Shown here piece after piece: positions 52,562 to 64,000 of a DNA stretch of 64,000 bases. Position 1 is the first letter of the stretch. Every line of letters begins with the position of its first letter. Source of the stretch: Phoronis australis (taxonomy: Eukaryota > Animalia > Phoronida). Under the pieces are notes generated by a model. It did not search any database. It saw only the letters and a list, made by a program, of their open reading frames with translations, and was not told the origin of the DNA. The stretch covers positions 214,155-278,154 of the forward strand of contig NMRA01000557.1 of assembly GCA_002633005.1 (NCBI GenBank). Direction: 5' to 3'. Position numbers and translations under genes: made by a program.

Positions 52562-53700
52562 TTATATTTTGGTGTACACAACACACAGCGAATGGACTGG
52601 ACCTACAGTGGACGGGATACCACAAGACCTGTACTTTAAGTAGCAGCCGACTCCCTTGTACACAACAAACGCCGCGCAGTTACCATCGTTGTTGCACGCT
52701 TGCGCACAGGAATCTAGAGTGTAGTCAATGATTTCACGCATTAAATTTCCCACACAGTCTCCGCACTTGACATCATAACCAGACACTTCGATGGGGATGC
52801 AAACTAAAAAAGAAGATGTACTTGTATACATGTACTGTATTGTTTATTGTTTCGTGTAAATTGTAAATACCCCTGCTACAGAAAATGAAAAAACTTAATC
52901 GAAAAAAAAGAAAAAAAAGAAGATATATATATATATATAGATACATATATGTATATATATAAGTGTGAAAATAATAATCGAAATTTCTGAACTGATAAGG
53001 TTGCCTTTTTAAAGCGTCGATAAAACCGCGTGCATTCAAATTCACGAACCCGTTAATATAGAAAACATGCCGCTGTACTATTTTAAATTATTATGCACCC
53101 AGACCGACAAAAGTGGTTTCTCAATTTGAGACCAATTTCATAACGGAATGTATTCAAAAACAAAAGTTGATTCCTGTGATGGAAAAGCAATTTCATAGCC
53201 ACTTTAACTGTAAGCTTCCAAAATTAGTCTCATTCACACAAATTGATACAGTTGGATGAGATTTACTTAATATGCATCCTGGCAGTATTCATTTAACTCT
53301 TGGGTTTGCGGTTTCAAGTACGTGGCATCATACCTTCCGGTGTGCAGCTTCCTGGAACGAATATTCTTTTCTCATAATAATTCCACTCAGCCTCAATTAG
53401 TTGTTGCTCTTCTCCGGTGACCTGCAGGTAGTAATTGATCCTGAACATGCGACATTCCCTACGCTGTATGGAATAGGCAAAAGCATCGCACATCTTTTCA
53501 GTAAAACATGCAGATGTGCACCTGAGTGGCCGTGTTATGAAGCTTGAGAATATCTCCGTATTTTTAGCGACTATTCCTCCTTTAAGTTGGAAGAACTGAC
53601 CACAAGTTTCACCGTGGGATGGAGCAATAAATCAAATCAAAATGAAGAAAACGTTGACTGAACAAATACATAAAAAATCCATGCTGAGCTTGAAATCCAT
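52562..53700 (-). pseudogene. Secreted two-PAN/apple-domain protein (~202 codons; exons 53700-53334 and 52803-52562) with an in-frame TGA at codon 23
   Basis: Exon 1 reads MDFKLSMDFLCICSVNVFFILI*FIAPSHG-ETC...RCTSACFTEKMCDAFAYSIQRRECRMF...WNYYEK. A phase-1 GT-AG intron leads to ...GDCVGNLM...TLDSCAQACNNDGNCAAFVVYKGVGCYLKYRSC...VVYTKI*. Both exons show PAN Cys spacing. Confidence 0.75.
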
Positions 53701-56700
53701 ATTGTGAACGCAAGAACAGAAATGCACACTCTCAATACACAAACAAAATCCTCGTGCGAAACTGACGGTAAACTTCCCGAAGCTTCGATTTCTCTTGAGG
53801 GATTTTAAGGCCTGCCACATGACCATAGTTTTGACGATCAGAATTCAAACAATAATTCAAGGACTGTGACTCCTGACAAAGGTATTTGAAACACAAAAGG
53901 TAACCAAGCAACCTTTAATATTGACCACGTCAAATCCCGACGGAGAAACAAAGGGTTGTATTGGGCGTAGATTGAGACCGTAAAACAAAATCAATATAGC
54001 GTGTTTGTCAGAGACTTTTGACATAACATGCTTTCTTTGCTCTAGACAATTAACGGAAATAGCTTTTTGAATGAAGACCAACAGACATATTAATTTATTT
54101 AAAGTCCTTATCTTAAACTGCCAATGTGGCTCCAGTATCCGAAATTAGTTTAAGTCCAAGAAGCACACGTCGTTAACCCTTATTACATGGTTAGATGATG
54201 TTATATGGATCCAACAAGTACCTACCCCATAACTTATACACAATCCGTAATAGAATAAAGATTAAATAAATGTGCCACTCAGGATTCCGACCTGAAGAAC
54301 ACAAGGCAATTTTGAAATTAGCGCGAAAAGGAAATACAAGTCATTCAGGGACCCAGGCGTGCGTTCAGTAACGCTAGGACCTACGCTAGGACCTAGCTTA
54401 AAAGCATGGTCTCGCAAGACTTTGCAAAATCACGCAAGTACATTGTTCAAAGCGTGTGTTTCGCTAGTATGCTCTGAAGCATACTAGCCAATCCTAGCAA
54501 AATGGCGGATAGTGAAGGGTAAGCCGATGATTTTCGTTCGTTTTTCGAAAATTTTCGGCCAATTGTTGACTGAAGCACCAGTTAAGGCACGTGTGTTAAA
54601 CAAAATGTAACACTGTTGAGTTTGTCTGTTGTAGTTCCCATCAGATTTGTATTTGATTGAGCAAAATGATACATAAATGTCATTCGTATCAAAATACCTG
54701 TGTCGTCTGCTCCAAATAGCAAGCACGAGTTCTCGGACTCTCTTAGGCCAGTATGTCCCTGCAGCTATACGACTACACTACACGACCAATGTACGCGGAA
54801 GTGTTTTTTTTTACATTTCAGCAGACGCCCAATTAGATGCACCATCCTACTAGTATTATGGCAAAATTTATTTCTGTGTCATTTTTACTATTTATATGAG
54901 TCTTGTACAGTAATCTTGTTGGCGGACAAGCAAGGGGACCTAAACGCGCCTAAAAGCTTAGAACGAACTTTATTGCCATTTTTGGTCGCATATCATTGGT
55001 CGCTAAGACATTTATTTTGGGTACAAAATTTTGTCAACTATTTTGTACTTTCCAAACACATTTCAAAGTAAAAACCTAACTGGTGTTTGTCACTCACAGT
55101 AAGACAGTAAGTACTGATGGTAACGAGCAAGTAAAGGCAAAGGCGGATCTACAGGTGGGTTCAGGGGGTTCAAACCCCCCTTCCTCAGGACAGCGTCAAA
55201 ATTAAAATTAAAAATTAAAAAAAATCACAAAATGAAATAATCTATTAAAAACGACAAAAAATATTACACGGTAGAGGAAAACCCCCTCCCGACCTTCCTT
55301 CCGCTTGGCGCTACGCGCGTCGGATTCGCTACTTTCAGGCATTGGCAAACAGTCACCATCACTTACCTAGATGGCCTTATTCTTAAATTTAAATTCGATA
55401 TGTTCATTGCAGAGAGGGTGACAGCAGGAAGTATGTTATTACGTTAAATCAAATGCCTTTTTCCTGCAGCTTGTCACTTCAATTGTAATGAATGATTATT
55501 ATACTAATCTGGGAATTTTTTTTTCCAACAATTTCATTGTCGGGACGCACTGTTCTAAAATGTCATCATTTAGTTTTGTTTTAGAAAGCATAACTTAAGG
55601 TCGTATACGCGGTGTCAGGCAAAGTTTTGCTTTTTGATAGCAGCCATTAATGTTCCAAATTAATTGCCAAATCCGTGATTGTTTTGTAGTTTAGAACTGA
55701 ACTGTATGTGATCGCGTACTATGTTGTGAAGCTTTCTCAATGAATCGCGACAATTCGACACCTAAGACACTCGATTTTCAAGTATCTTCATCTGGAGCTA
55801 ACGTATTATTTTTTCTTAGTTTAATGTATGAATGATAAGTTTTGAACAAATTCCTCAGCTCAGCAAGTGCCGTTATAGAGTTATTTTGTTGTTTTGTTAG
55901 GGCAACTGGATAATTTATTTGAAAACATAAAAACGCGTTCGTTGGGTTAATTTTCGGTCTAGTTTGTTATCATTGACAACGAACAATCTCATTGTGCAAT
56001 TTTATTAATCAGCATGCTTGTTAAAATCGAGAAAAACGCATGATTCTTCAATCAGTGTTAATTTATTTTTCAAATACTGTCTTTTTAAAAACCTACATCT
56101 TTTGTCAAAGTAAAATCTAGAGTTCTTATATTCATACAGTATTTTTTTCTTTGAGAAATACTTTTTTTTGACCACGTTTTTTCAAAGTTGCGTTAATTCA
56201 TCATTCCAAAAGGGCTTGTTTGCCTTAAATCTTTTTCTCAGATTTTATTACAACTTTGAGTACATCTTAACTGTAAATCCATTTTTTATAATTTCGCAGA
56301 GGGAGTTATAAATCTCATCGACTTAATATTGTCTTCGACACTTATTTTCTAATATTAAAAGCAACTTTTGTTTTATTAGTAATATCTTGTGATTCGTTTG
56401 TATATACAGTGCATTTAGAGTCGTAGTGACTGGTCATTAATTTTTTTTGGAATGTTCCTCGTACTTTTGTTTATTATTTAAAATAGCATTAGTTAATAGT
56501 TTCTGTTAGGTAAGGCGGTCAAACCAATTTTTGCTTTCGTTTTTAGTTTTTTTGGTTTGAAAAAGTACTTTGCTATCATTGGAAAACAATGCATCCTAAT
56601 AAGTAAAAATCGAAACGGTATCAAAATCGAAAAAAGCAATGCAAAGTTATTGCAATTTTAATGGAAAAATATGGGTCACTGTTTGGATCGGGTCGGCCAT

Positions 56701-59700
56701 CTAGGATGACTGCGGGATAAGTTACTGTATGAGTTTAAAACTTTGTGTAAATTGTTTTCGCCAACAATTTACGGTGAAATTTAGTGACACATATCTTTAC
56801 TTACCATTCTGCACGATTCAAGAGTCTTCACCATATTTTAGCCACGCAGTTGTTACTTATTAAGTGAAAAACGTGCTCACAATTCCCGTTGGACTCATTT
56901 CTGGTAGCACCGACAACATTGCGACTTTTGCTGAATTGAAAGGCATGTTCAGCCGGTTACTTTACAATTTGTGAAGATTTAACGTTGATAAAATTTTGAC
57001 AAACGTTGCTATAAAAAAGTAACTTTGTTCAATTTTCGTGTTTTTGTGCAAAAATATAAGGTATTTTCGAATTATTTTGCTGTGAATTTCCCACTCAGGT
57101 GATCTTACACTAAGCTAAAAAAATAGTTGAAATAATTTTGAAATGGTTTTATGTCTGACTGTCAACTGCTGTTCAAGGCTTGATTAGGTGTTACAGAATG
57201 ATTCACATTTTTCAAAGTTTTTTATCTAAATTGCTTTGAAGTCATGTTTTTGTAACTTCTTGCTTTCTTAATCAAGGTTATTAAATCAACAGTACGAAGA
57301 ATCTTAATTAGAGAAATGGGCCTCCAATTCTTATTACTTGGAATTTCATATTTTTTAAATCGTGCTCGTCAAATTCTGGTGTAAGAAAACACTATTCGGT
57401 GAACATGGTAAGGGTTACATGCATGTCCATTTTATATCATAAAACGGGTGATGCTGATAGCTGGATGTTATAAGGTACTGTGCATTCCAAATTACTTATT
57501 ACGGTAAAAGGTTGAATCATTTTGGCTCACATAGCGTTCCTATTTACTTAGATTATTTCAGTTTTGACTGATGTACAGTCGATGTAATTGTCAAAAGTAG
57601 TTATGTTCCGGCTGAAAGCACTTGATTTTGATCTGAGCTGTGGAATACCTAAATGATTAAATCATAATCGTCCTCTGATTTGTTCTTTCATTTCAATGAT
57701 TGAGTGACCAAAGCATGATGTAATTAGCTTGCTATAAATATCATGTTCACTAGCATCTTCAGGCAACATTTCTTGATGCCTTGCGTTTACTATTATTTTA
57801 ATAGATTAATGCATAAATTAAAAAAAGATCATACAGTTGGAAACCAATTTCACTGGAAGTTTTTCATTTCAAGGGTCTTGCAATTCTGTCATTGAGATTG
57901 CCACCTCCACTCAAATTACAATTATCGATGTGGTTCACTTGTAAGGTCTTTTAATTCGTACTCACTGCTTAATATATAAAATATGATAACATTTCTTATT
58001 GGAAATGTCATACTTATGTGCTCGAACGAGTCCCCAATTTGGAAAACTGGGCAAAAAGGTCCGCCTCAGTGAAACGAAAATTCCGAGTAAACGAGACCAA
58101 GTCCACAAAATCCACAGGAATTCGGCGCCGATGCACCTGAACCTAGTGGCCCCGTTTTTTTTTGTCCTCGTCGATTTTCTACAGTAAAAAGAATTTGAGC
58201 CCCCTTGTATTTTTTGGCTGGGTGCGCCCATGTCTCAGTCAGAGAAGGGAGAACTCCGAAAAATGTAGAAAATGAGACGAAAGTCCACTAGCAGACTCGT
58301 AGCCAGCAATGCACATGGTGTGGTTCGAATTTCTGGAACATTGGACCTTTGATATTTTGCAAAGGTCGTCCCGCCAAACTTTCAAATCAGACATGCTTAA
58401 ATACATATTCTTAATTTTTTGTCTGGGAATGACTTGACGAAACTTTAATCTGGTTTTATTTTTCCATGTCACTTACATACATGTACATATAGCTGGAAAT
58501 GGGCACAGCACACAATTCGGAAGGTTCACTACTCCAAAAATATCTAAATTTTCTAACCCAGGCTTAAGTTTTATACTTTTGTATGCAAAAGTAAACGACA
58601 CTTCGGTTATTAGATGAGTTGATTGGTAAACCTATACCTAAAACAACATCCGCGTACAATTGATTTCATGCGTAAACGAAATTCCATTCTTGTCCTACGA
58701 ATACAGAACAGCCAGTGCGTTCTTGCATTTTTAAAAGGATACCAAATCCGGGTTTAACTAAGTACGTACTTGCGTTTTTAAAAGGATACCAAATCCGGGT
58801 TTGGCCTATTGACAGATACTAAAAATGACTTTCCCATCCAGTTCTCTCTGTTTTTTTACCATTTATACGACCACTTTGTCCTTTTTCTGAAAAATAGCAA
58901 ATAAAATTACTGACAAGTAGGTGACATTTTGTCAGCAAAAACACATCGACGATTCACGCTATAGAAAAAATAACTTCATAGCAGAAAGAAGAAAGAATAG
59001 CATACAAGAAAAACTAGTTCGGCTGGATTTATTGATTTTTATGCCCTCCATTTTAGCCTACAAAAATGCAATTTTCACTACTTATTATGAAGTCCATTTT
59101 TACGCATTTTTATCCCTCTCCCAAATCTGTATCGGATTCTTTTGGAACATGTTGAGTTTATTTCCATCTGTTACTGCTGTCGTTGCTCAGCCCAACGCAA
59201 GAATAAAAGATCTTGTCTCTTTCAAAGTTTTTTGTACTGTCAGTTTTTTACATAACTCTCTTACACCCTTTTCTGCCAATCTGTGACTGTCAGTTAGATT
59301 AAAAGACTATAGGAGGCGCTACTGCATTGTGCAATCATCTATCGACCGAGATGCCAAATAGAACAAATACCATTCGTTTTGCTACATCAGGGGCGAAGGA
59401 GTTAATGGGAAGCTGTATGAAAGATTTTTTCTTCGCGGATTTTCAGTTTTGTTTTGGCAAAAATAAAAATCTATTATAGGATTACCGAACTCAAAAAGTC
59501 AATTTTAATGTACTGTAGAGCTAATAATACAACCCTCATCACCATCTTATACTTAGAGAAGTAGGTTTTACTCGTATTAAGGGTGCCCATTACCCGTTGC
59601 TTGGACAGTTTTCGAACAACGTAATGGATTAATAATCCCACGCACAGCATACAGTGCATGCTGGTCCATTTTCAAATCCCTGTATATGCGCTTGAAAACG

Positions 59701-60110
59701 TCTTCTCAAACTATTCGCAAAGTTCATATTAAAACTAATCAAGATCTTCGAGATCACAAGTGAAAAGAGGACGGTGGATTCGAGCAGAAGTGTCCTGTTA
59801 TTGGACATACAAATTATCACGCAATGCTTCTTGTACTACACAAAAGCGGCCGAGCATGGTGGCAGTGCGCCAATGGAATTTGTAATTTCGGAAAAATAAC
59901 ATGTACGTATATTTACGATTGAAAACATAATACTTTCAGTGATATCCAAGTTACCGGTTTTCCAAACCAGTATTTAAGCAATTGGGTGTTGTTGCGACTT
60001 ACCAGCTAAAAGTTTCGCAATATGTAAATTCAGTTCAAGCGGCGAACTCAAAACCACAGTTTCTTGAAGGTATGCTAGGTTTAGTGTATGATGCATTTCC
60101 ACACAACACN

Positions 60111-60183
60111 GCTAGACGACCGGTCGACGGCCGGTCGTCGACCAATTTCCGACCGGTCGGCCAAAAATTCGTGATGTGTGCTG
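60111..60183 (+). mobile_element. Terminus of a fourth copy of the 5-kb TIR family, next to gap 'n' 60110
   Basis: gctagacgaccggtcgacggccggtcgtcgaccaatttccgaccggtcggccaaaaattcgtgatgtgtgctg|TA. Confidence 0.9.
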
Positions 60184-63100
60184 TAAGTTTCACAATATGT
60201 AAATTCCGTTCAAGCGGCGAACTCAAAACCACAGTTTCTTGAAGGTATGCTAGGTTTAGTGTATGATGCATTTCCACACAACACTTCAAGAAACGGCATT
60301 TTGAAAACAAGAGCTACATGTACTGCAGCACAAAGTGCTTTTATTTTGCTCAGTACACATGTCTAAGATAGACAGTTCTCAAAACTAGATAATCACTCCA
60401 TTAAAAATCTCAGTAGTTTCAATACCTTTAGAATCAATCATGCAACCCACCCTAACCCGCTAACCGGAAAGGCCTATCAGGTTTATGCACCTGGGCAGTC
60501 AGTAAGTCGAAAGTTGTCAGCGAGAGCTAATACAATATTCTGAACTGAAGTCATGACCTGTTGACCCAGGCCAACAGTTGTGATAAATACGAAATAACGT
60601 TTTAGCAATTCCACCAACACGGACTAACAAATCAAATTGGCGTAAAATCCATAGCGACATGCGAAAGTCAACGCCCCGTTCTGAATTTTTCCGCATCATT
60701 CTAGCTGTGTGTTCTGGATAACAGCACGCCAATTTTTGTCTAAAGTCAAGTCCAAACTCATGTCGATTTGTAAAACATAATAACGGCGCATTTCCATTGG
60801 TTTGCAAGTCCAGCCTCTTCTCTCACAGCATCGAACTCTCCAGCTCTCGCAAGAATCAACTGTAATTCCGATATACTTTCAAATTTCTGCGGCACTTTGC
60901 ACGAACTCAGCTGACTCTTGACGTATTTAACACAGCCAATGAAGGCCACGTTTCCTCCGCGATCACAGTTTTCTAACGAAAATTGACTAAATGTACAAGG
61001 AGGAAATTCCTCGATATTCTTTGCAGTGACAGGAATTGCATGCAATCTTGAACCCTAAAGTGCTATTGGGAAAGCTCAACAAAGCATGGAGTGTTTCAGA
61101 AAATTTAGGACTCAAAAGTGAAACTTAAATTTTTGTGATATTGTATTGTTGATGTTAGATGATATGTTTTAGGGGATATCACTGAACTAAAAGAGTATCC
61201 TCAATTCTCATGTCAGTCAGAGTAAGGCCACATCTCAAAAATTCCCATATACGAGGGCCACGTTTAGCACTAAATATATAAGAAAGAAGATTTTTAAAAG
61301 CAATTATCAAAGTTCAATCTCATAAGACTCTACACAGAGACTTTCAACTTCAAATATACATGTATTCCGATATAGCAGGCAGCTTAAGCAACATCCTGCC
61401 ACTTGTGACTGGCCTGCTGGGAATTTAATTGTACCAGGAAGAGATAACCAGGAAGGGACAAATAGCTAAACCGCCGTTTTTGGCCTCCTTCCCCGGACAA
61501 TTTCAGGACTTAAGTTTCGTTTAAAAGGAAACATATGGTTTTATCAGAGAGATTAAAGCTTTTTCTATAGAAGGATATCAAAAGATCTCACTTTTCAACC
61601 TTAAACAGTGGTGTAATTGAATTTGAAAATATCGACTTCAGCGCACGCAATCGCAATTTCCCACACGCAGTCACGAGTATTTAAGCTTTTCCGTCGATGT
61701 ACTGTATAGATGGCGCAGTAGTCAAGTACTCCCTCATTTGCATATCAAATTTGCATGTGGGAGTTCTGAGACTCTCGTCAGTTTAGTTGTTGTCGAGCGC
61801 TTGAGTGCATAAAGCGGTGACCTTCCGCTGAGAGCTCGTGCTGATGAAGATACCACAGCTAACTTGATCGTTTCGCAATCAGGAGGTGAAAACACTCTCA
61901 TGACCGCAGTTCTGAATTCCAGCTAAGCAAGCCCTATTTCGTGGAGCGGAATTGAATTGTTTTCGTCCCCAGACTGTGGATTGCAGAGAAGATTAGAATG
62001 AGGTCAACATCGAACTTTCTGCGGCTACCTATCGTGTTGATAGTTTGAAGTGTCAGAACCATAGACGGAGCGCGCGGAATGTCTATGATTCCTGTTCTTC
62101 TTCAGTTGGCGAAAACATTGCTAACCAGGAAGGGACAACTGTTTTAGCGCATTTTAACGGATATTCAAAAGTGATTTCGAAAGTAAATATTAAAGTTGTC
62201 TGGAATCCAAGCATTGTGTTCGAAAGCTTAACTCTTTAGCTATAAAATGACACCACTTTGGTCCCCAAAGACTGCATATTAATGGCACTAGGATGCTTTG
62301 AATATGACTTGTTTTACTCTTAAAAAGATGCCTCTTCCCAGGCATGTACTCGGGCATGATCCTCTTTTTTGAACCAACAGATGTCACTTATATATGCAAA
62401 TGAGGCTCGCATCTCCTACGTCATGTGACGTCATACGATGTCATACGACGCAAACTTCCAATTTAAACACTCCGGTGCCTGTAGCGAATGACTTGAAACG
62501 CAGTTCTACCTGATTGGGCAGATCTAAGAAAATTAAGAACTCACACAAGTCAATGTTCAAAGAACATTGAATGGTTTCACATGAAAATACATTTAATTGT
62601 ATTTGGATACGCTTGCATATGTGTAAGCGTGGACTTTGTCATTTTGCTTAAAGCAGGTGTTAGTCAAGAAATTAGCTGCTCCCGCCACGGGTGGCAGGTG
62701 TCGTGGCGTCCGAGTCGCCGGGTATTCCGATCCATGCATGCGCAATTCGACGAACTAATGCTAGTCGCTGGTCAGCTCCAGTATGATTCATGCGCATTTC
62801 GAAGAACTAATGCTAGTCGCTGGTCAGCTCCGCTATGATTAATTTAAGACGTGCGGCTTAACTCGAACCTATACCCGTGTTCTGGCTCCAAGGTAGTTCT
62901 GTTTGACCCAGTTTCGGGAAAAGTTCATTTTAATACGGTCATTTCTTGAAAATTTTTTTGAAAGATATGATCCCGAAATCCTTGGCCTATAGAGCTATTG
63001 AAACACAGCCACTGGTCCAGCTTCTGCCGCCGGGCGGCTGGGGAAAATGCTATGGAACGTGTGTCCCAAAAATGCACACACTTCAACTCCTGCAGTTCAA

Positions 63101-63634
63101 GTTCATTTCCCGTCAATCACTGTGCGCGGATTCTACGCGTGCAGCCAACACCTTATTTTTAACGTGGGTGCGTCACTGAGTCACGACGTGTCCAGCCTTT
63201 GCAGTATGCACGGGAATGTCAAGCAAACGATTCGGTTTAGAATAACCTAAATTCATTTCACAATACTACTGGGAACTACAAGCATCAAGGAAATGCAAAG
63301 ACACTCTTTCCAAATTTACGAGCAATGACTTGAATTTCTTTTTCGATCTGATCTACGGTTTGTAAATTTTTGAATTTCTTTAGTCTAGTTTTTTAAAATT
63401 CAATACATTCATGAATATCACTGTTATCGTTTAGAGTCCTTCTTTGCGATATGGTGGTCTGATGATGGTTCGAATTTTTGCAAGTCCGTCCTTCAGCCTT
63501 CAACTAAGTTCAGTGACGCATCGCCATTTCTTACAAGACAGTTCCTGTTCTGTGCACGAATGTTTTGTGTTTTTGATGAATTTGAAATCTTGACTTCCCT
63601 TCGTGGAGTAGTCGGCAGTGTCATTTCGGAGATG

Positions 63635-63706
63635 TATAGAGGGCGCAGCACTGAAAAAACATGAGGGCTAAAACCCCCTCAGCCCCCCTCCAGTGCACCG
63701 CCTATG
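63635..63706. mobile_element. Very short GC-rich MITE remnant (hAT-like ends)
   Basis: tatagagggcgcagcactg...ccccctcagccccctccagtgcaccgcctatg: imperfect inverted ends. Confidence 0.35.
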
Positions 63707-64000
63707 GACCACTGGAAAACTTGATCTGAATAAAAGGAGAATGCAACCCGATTTAATTAGTCTTTTTTGCCATATTAATTGGTCTATATCCACATCGCCT
63801 CGCACACGGTCGACCTTATCTTGCCAAGAGGTGTCTCGTTAAAGGCCTATGGTCCGAGTTATAGAAGAAAAAAACCTCTTAACGCCGTTTAAGCCGTTTT
63901 TTGATGTGACATGGAGTTCAAAAAGTTATTAACTTTCAACTTGTGCAAAAAGTTTGAAAAAATCGTTGTAAATACTACAAACGAATGAAATGTTTACAAA

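Noticed and set aside
62737-62840. ~52-bp direct repeat pair (also a ~31-bp pair at 58724-58802)
   Set aside because: Only two copies each; ordinary local slippage duplications.

Overview
Eukaryotic DNA of roughly 38% GC (estimated by eye), most likely from a marine invertebrate, on a draft scaffold with four single-'n' gaps. There are no prokaryotic operons, rRNA genes or CRISPR arrays. The window is dominated by nested and decayed DNA transposons. (i) Two ~5.1-kb TA-flanked TIR elements (CAGCAC...GTGCTG) form a giant inverted repeat at 15611-20676 and 23143-28256, with extra termini at 20747-20798, 32457-32786 and 60111-60183. (ii) A TTAA-flanked Kolobok element (10616-15319) carries THAP/transposase remnants and a convergent P2X7-ballast-like gene, and interrupts a BTB-BACK gene. 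(iii) A 3.16-kb P-superfamily element (45796-48958, 7-bp TSD) encodes only a three-exon THAP protein, and two tiny P-type excision-footprint candidates lie at 34640 and 36864. (iv) Other relics include YqaJ and THAP pseudogenes (ISL2EU-like), a HERO-type non-LTR 3' fragment, a Helentron-type non-autonomous element, several MITEs and a tRNA-derived SINE. (v) A ~115-bp satellite carries a CTCF-like motif in every unit. The only host-like genes are the disrupted BTB-BACK gene and a secreted two-PAN/apple-domain gene with a TGA in its signal peptide. All family assignments come from motif recognition by eye; no database search was run.
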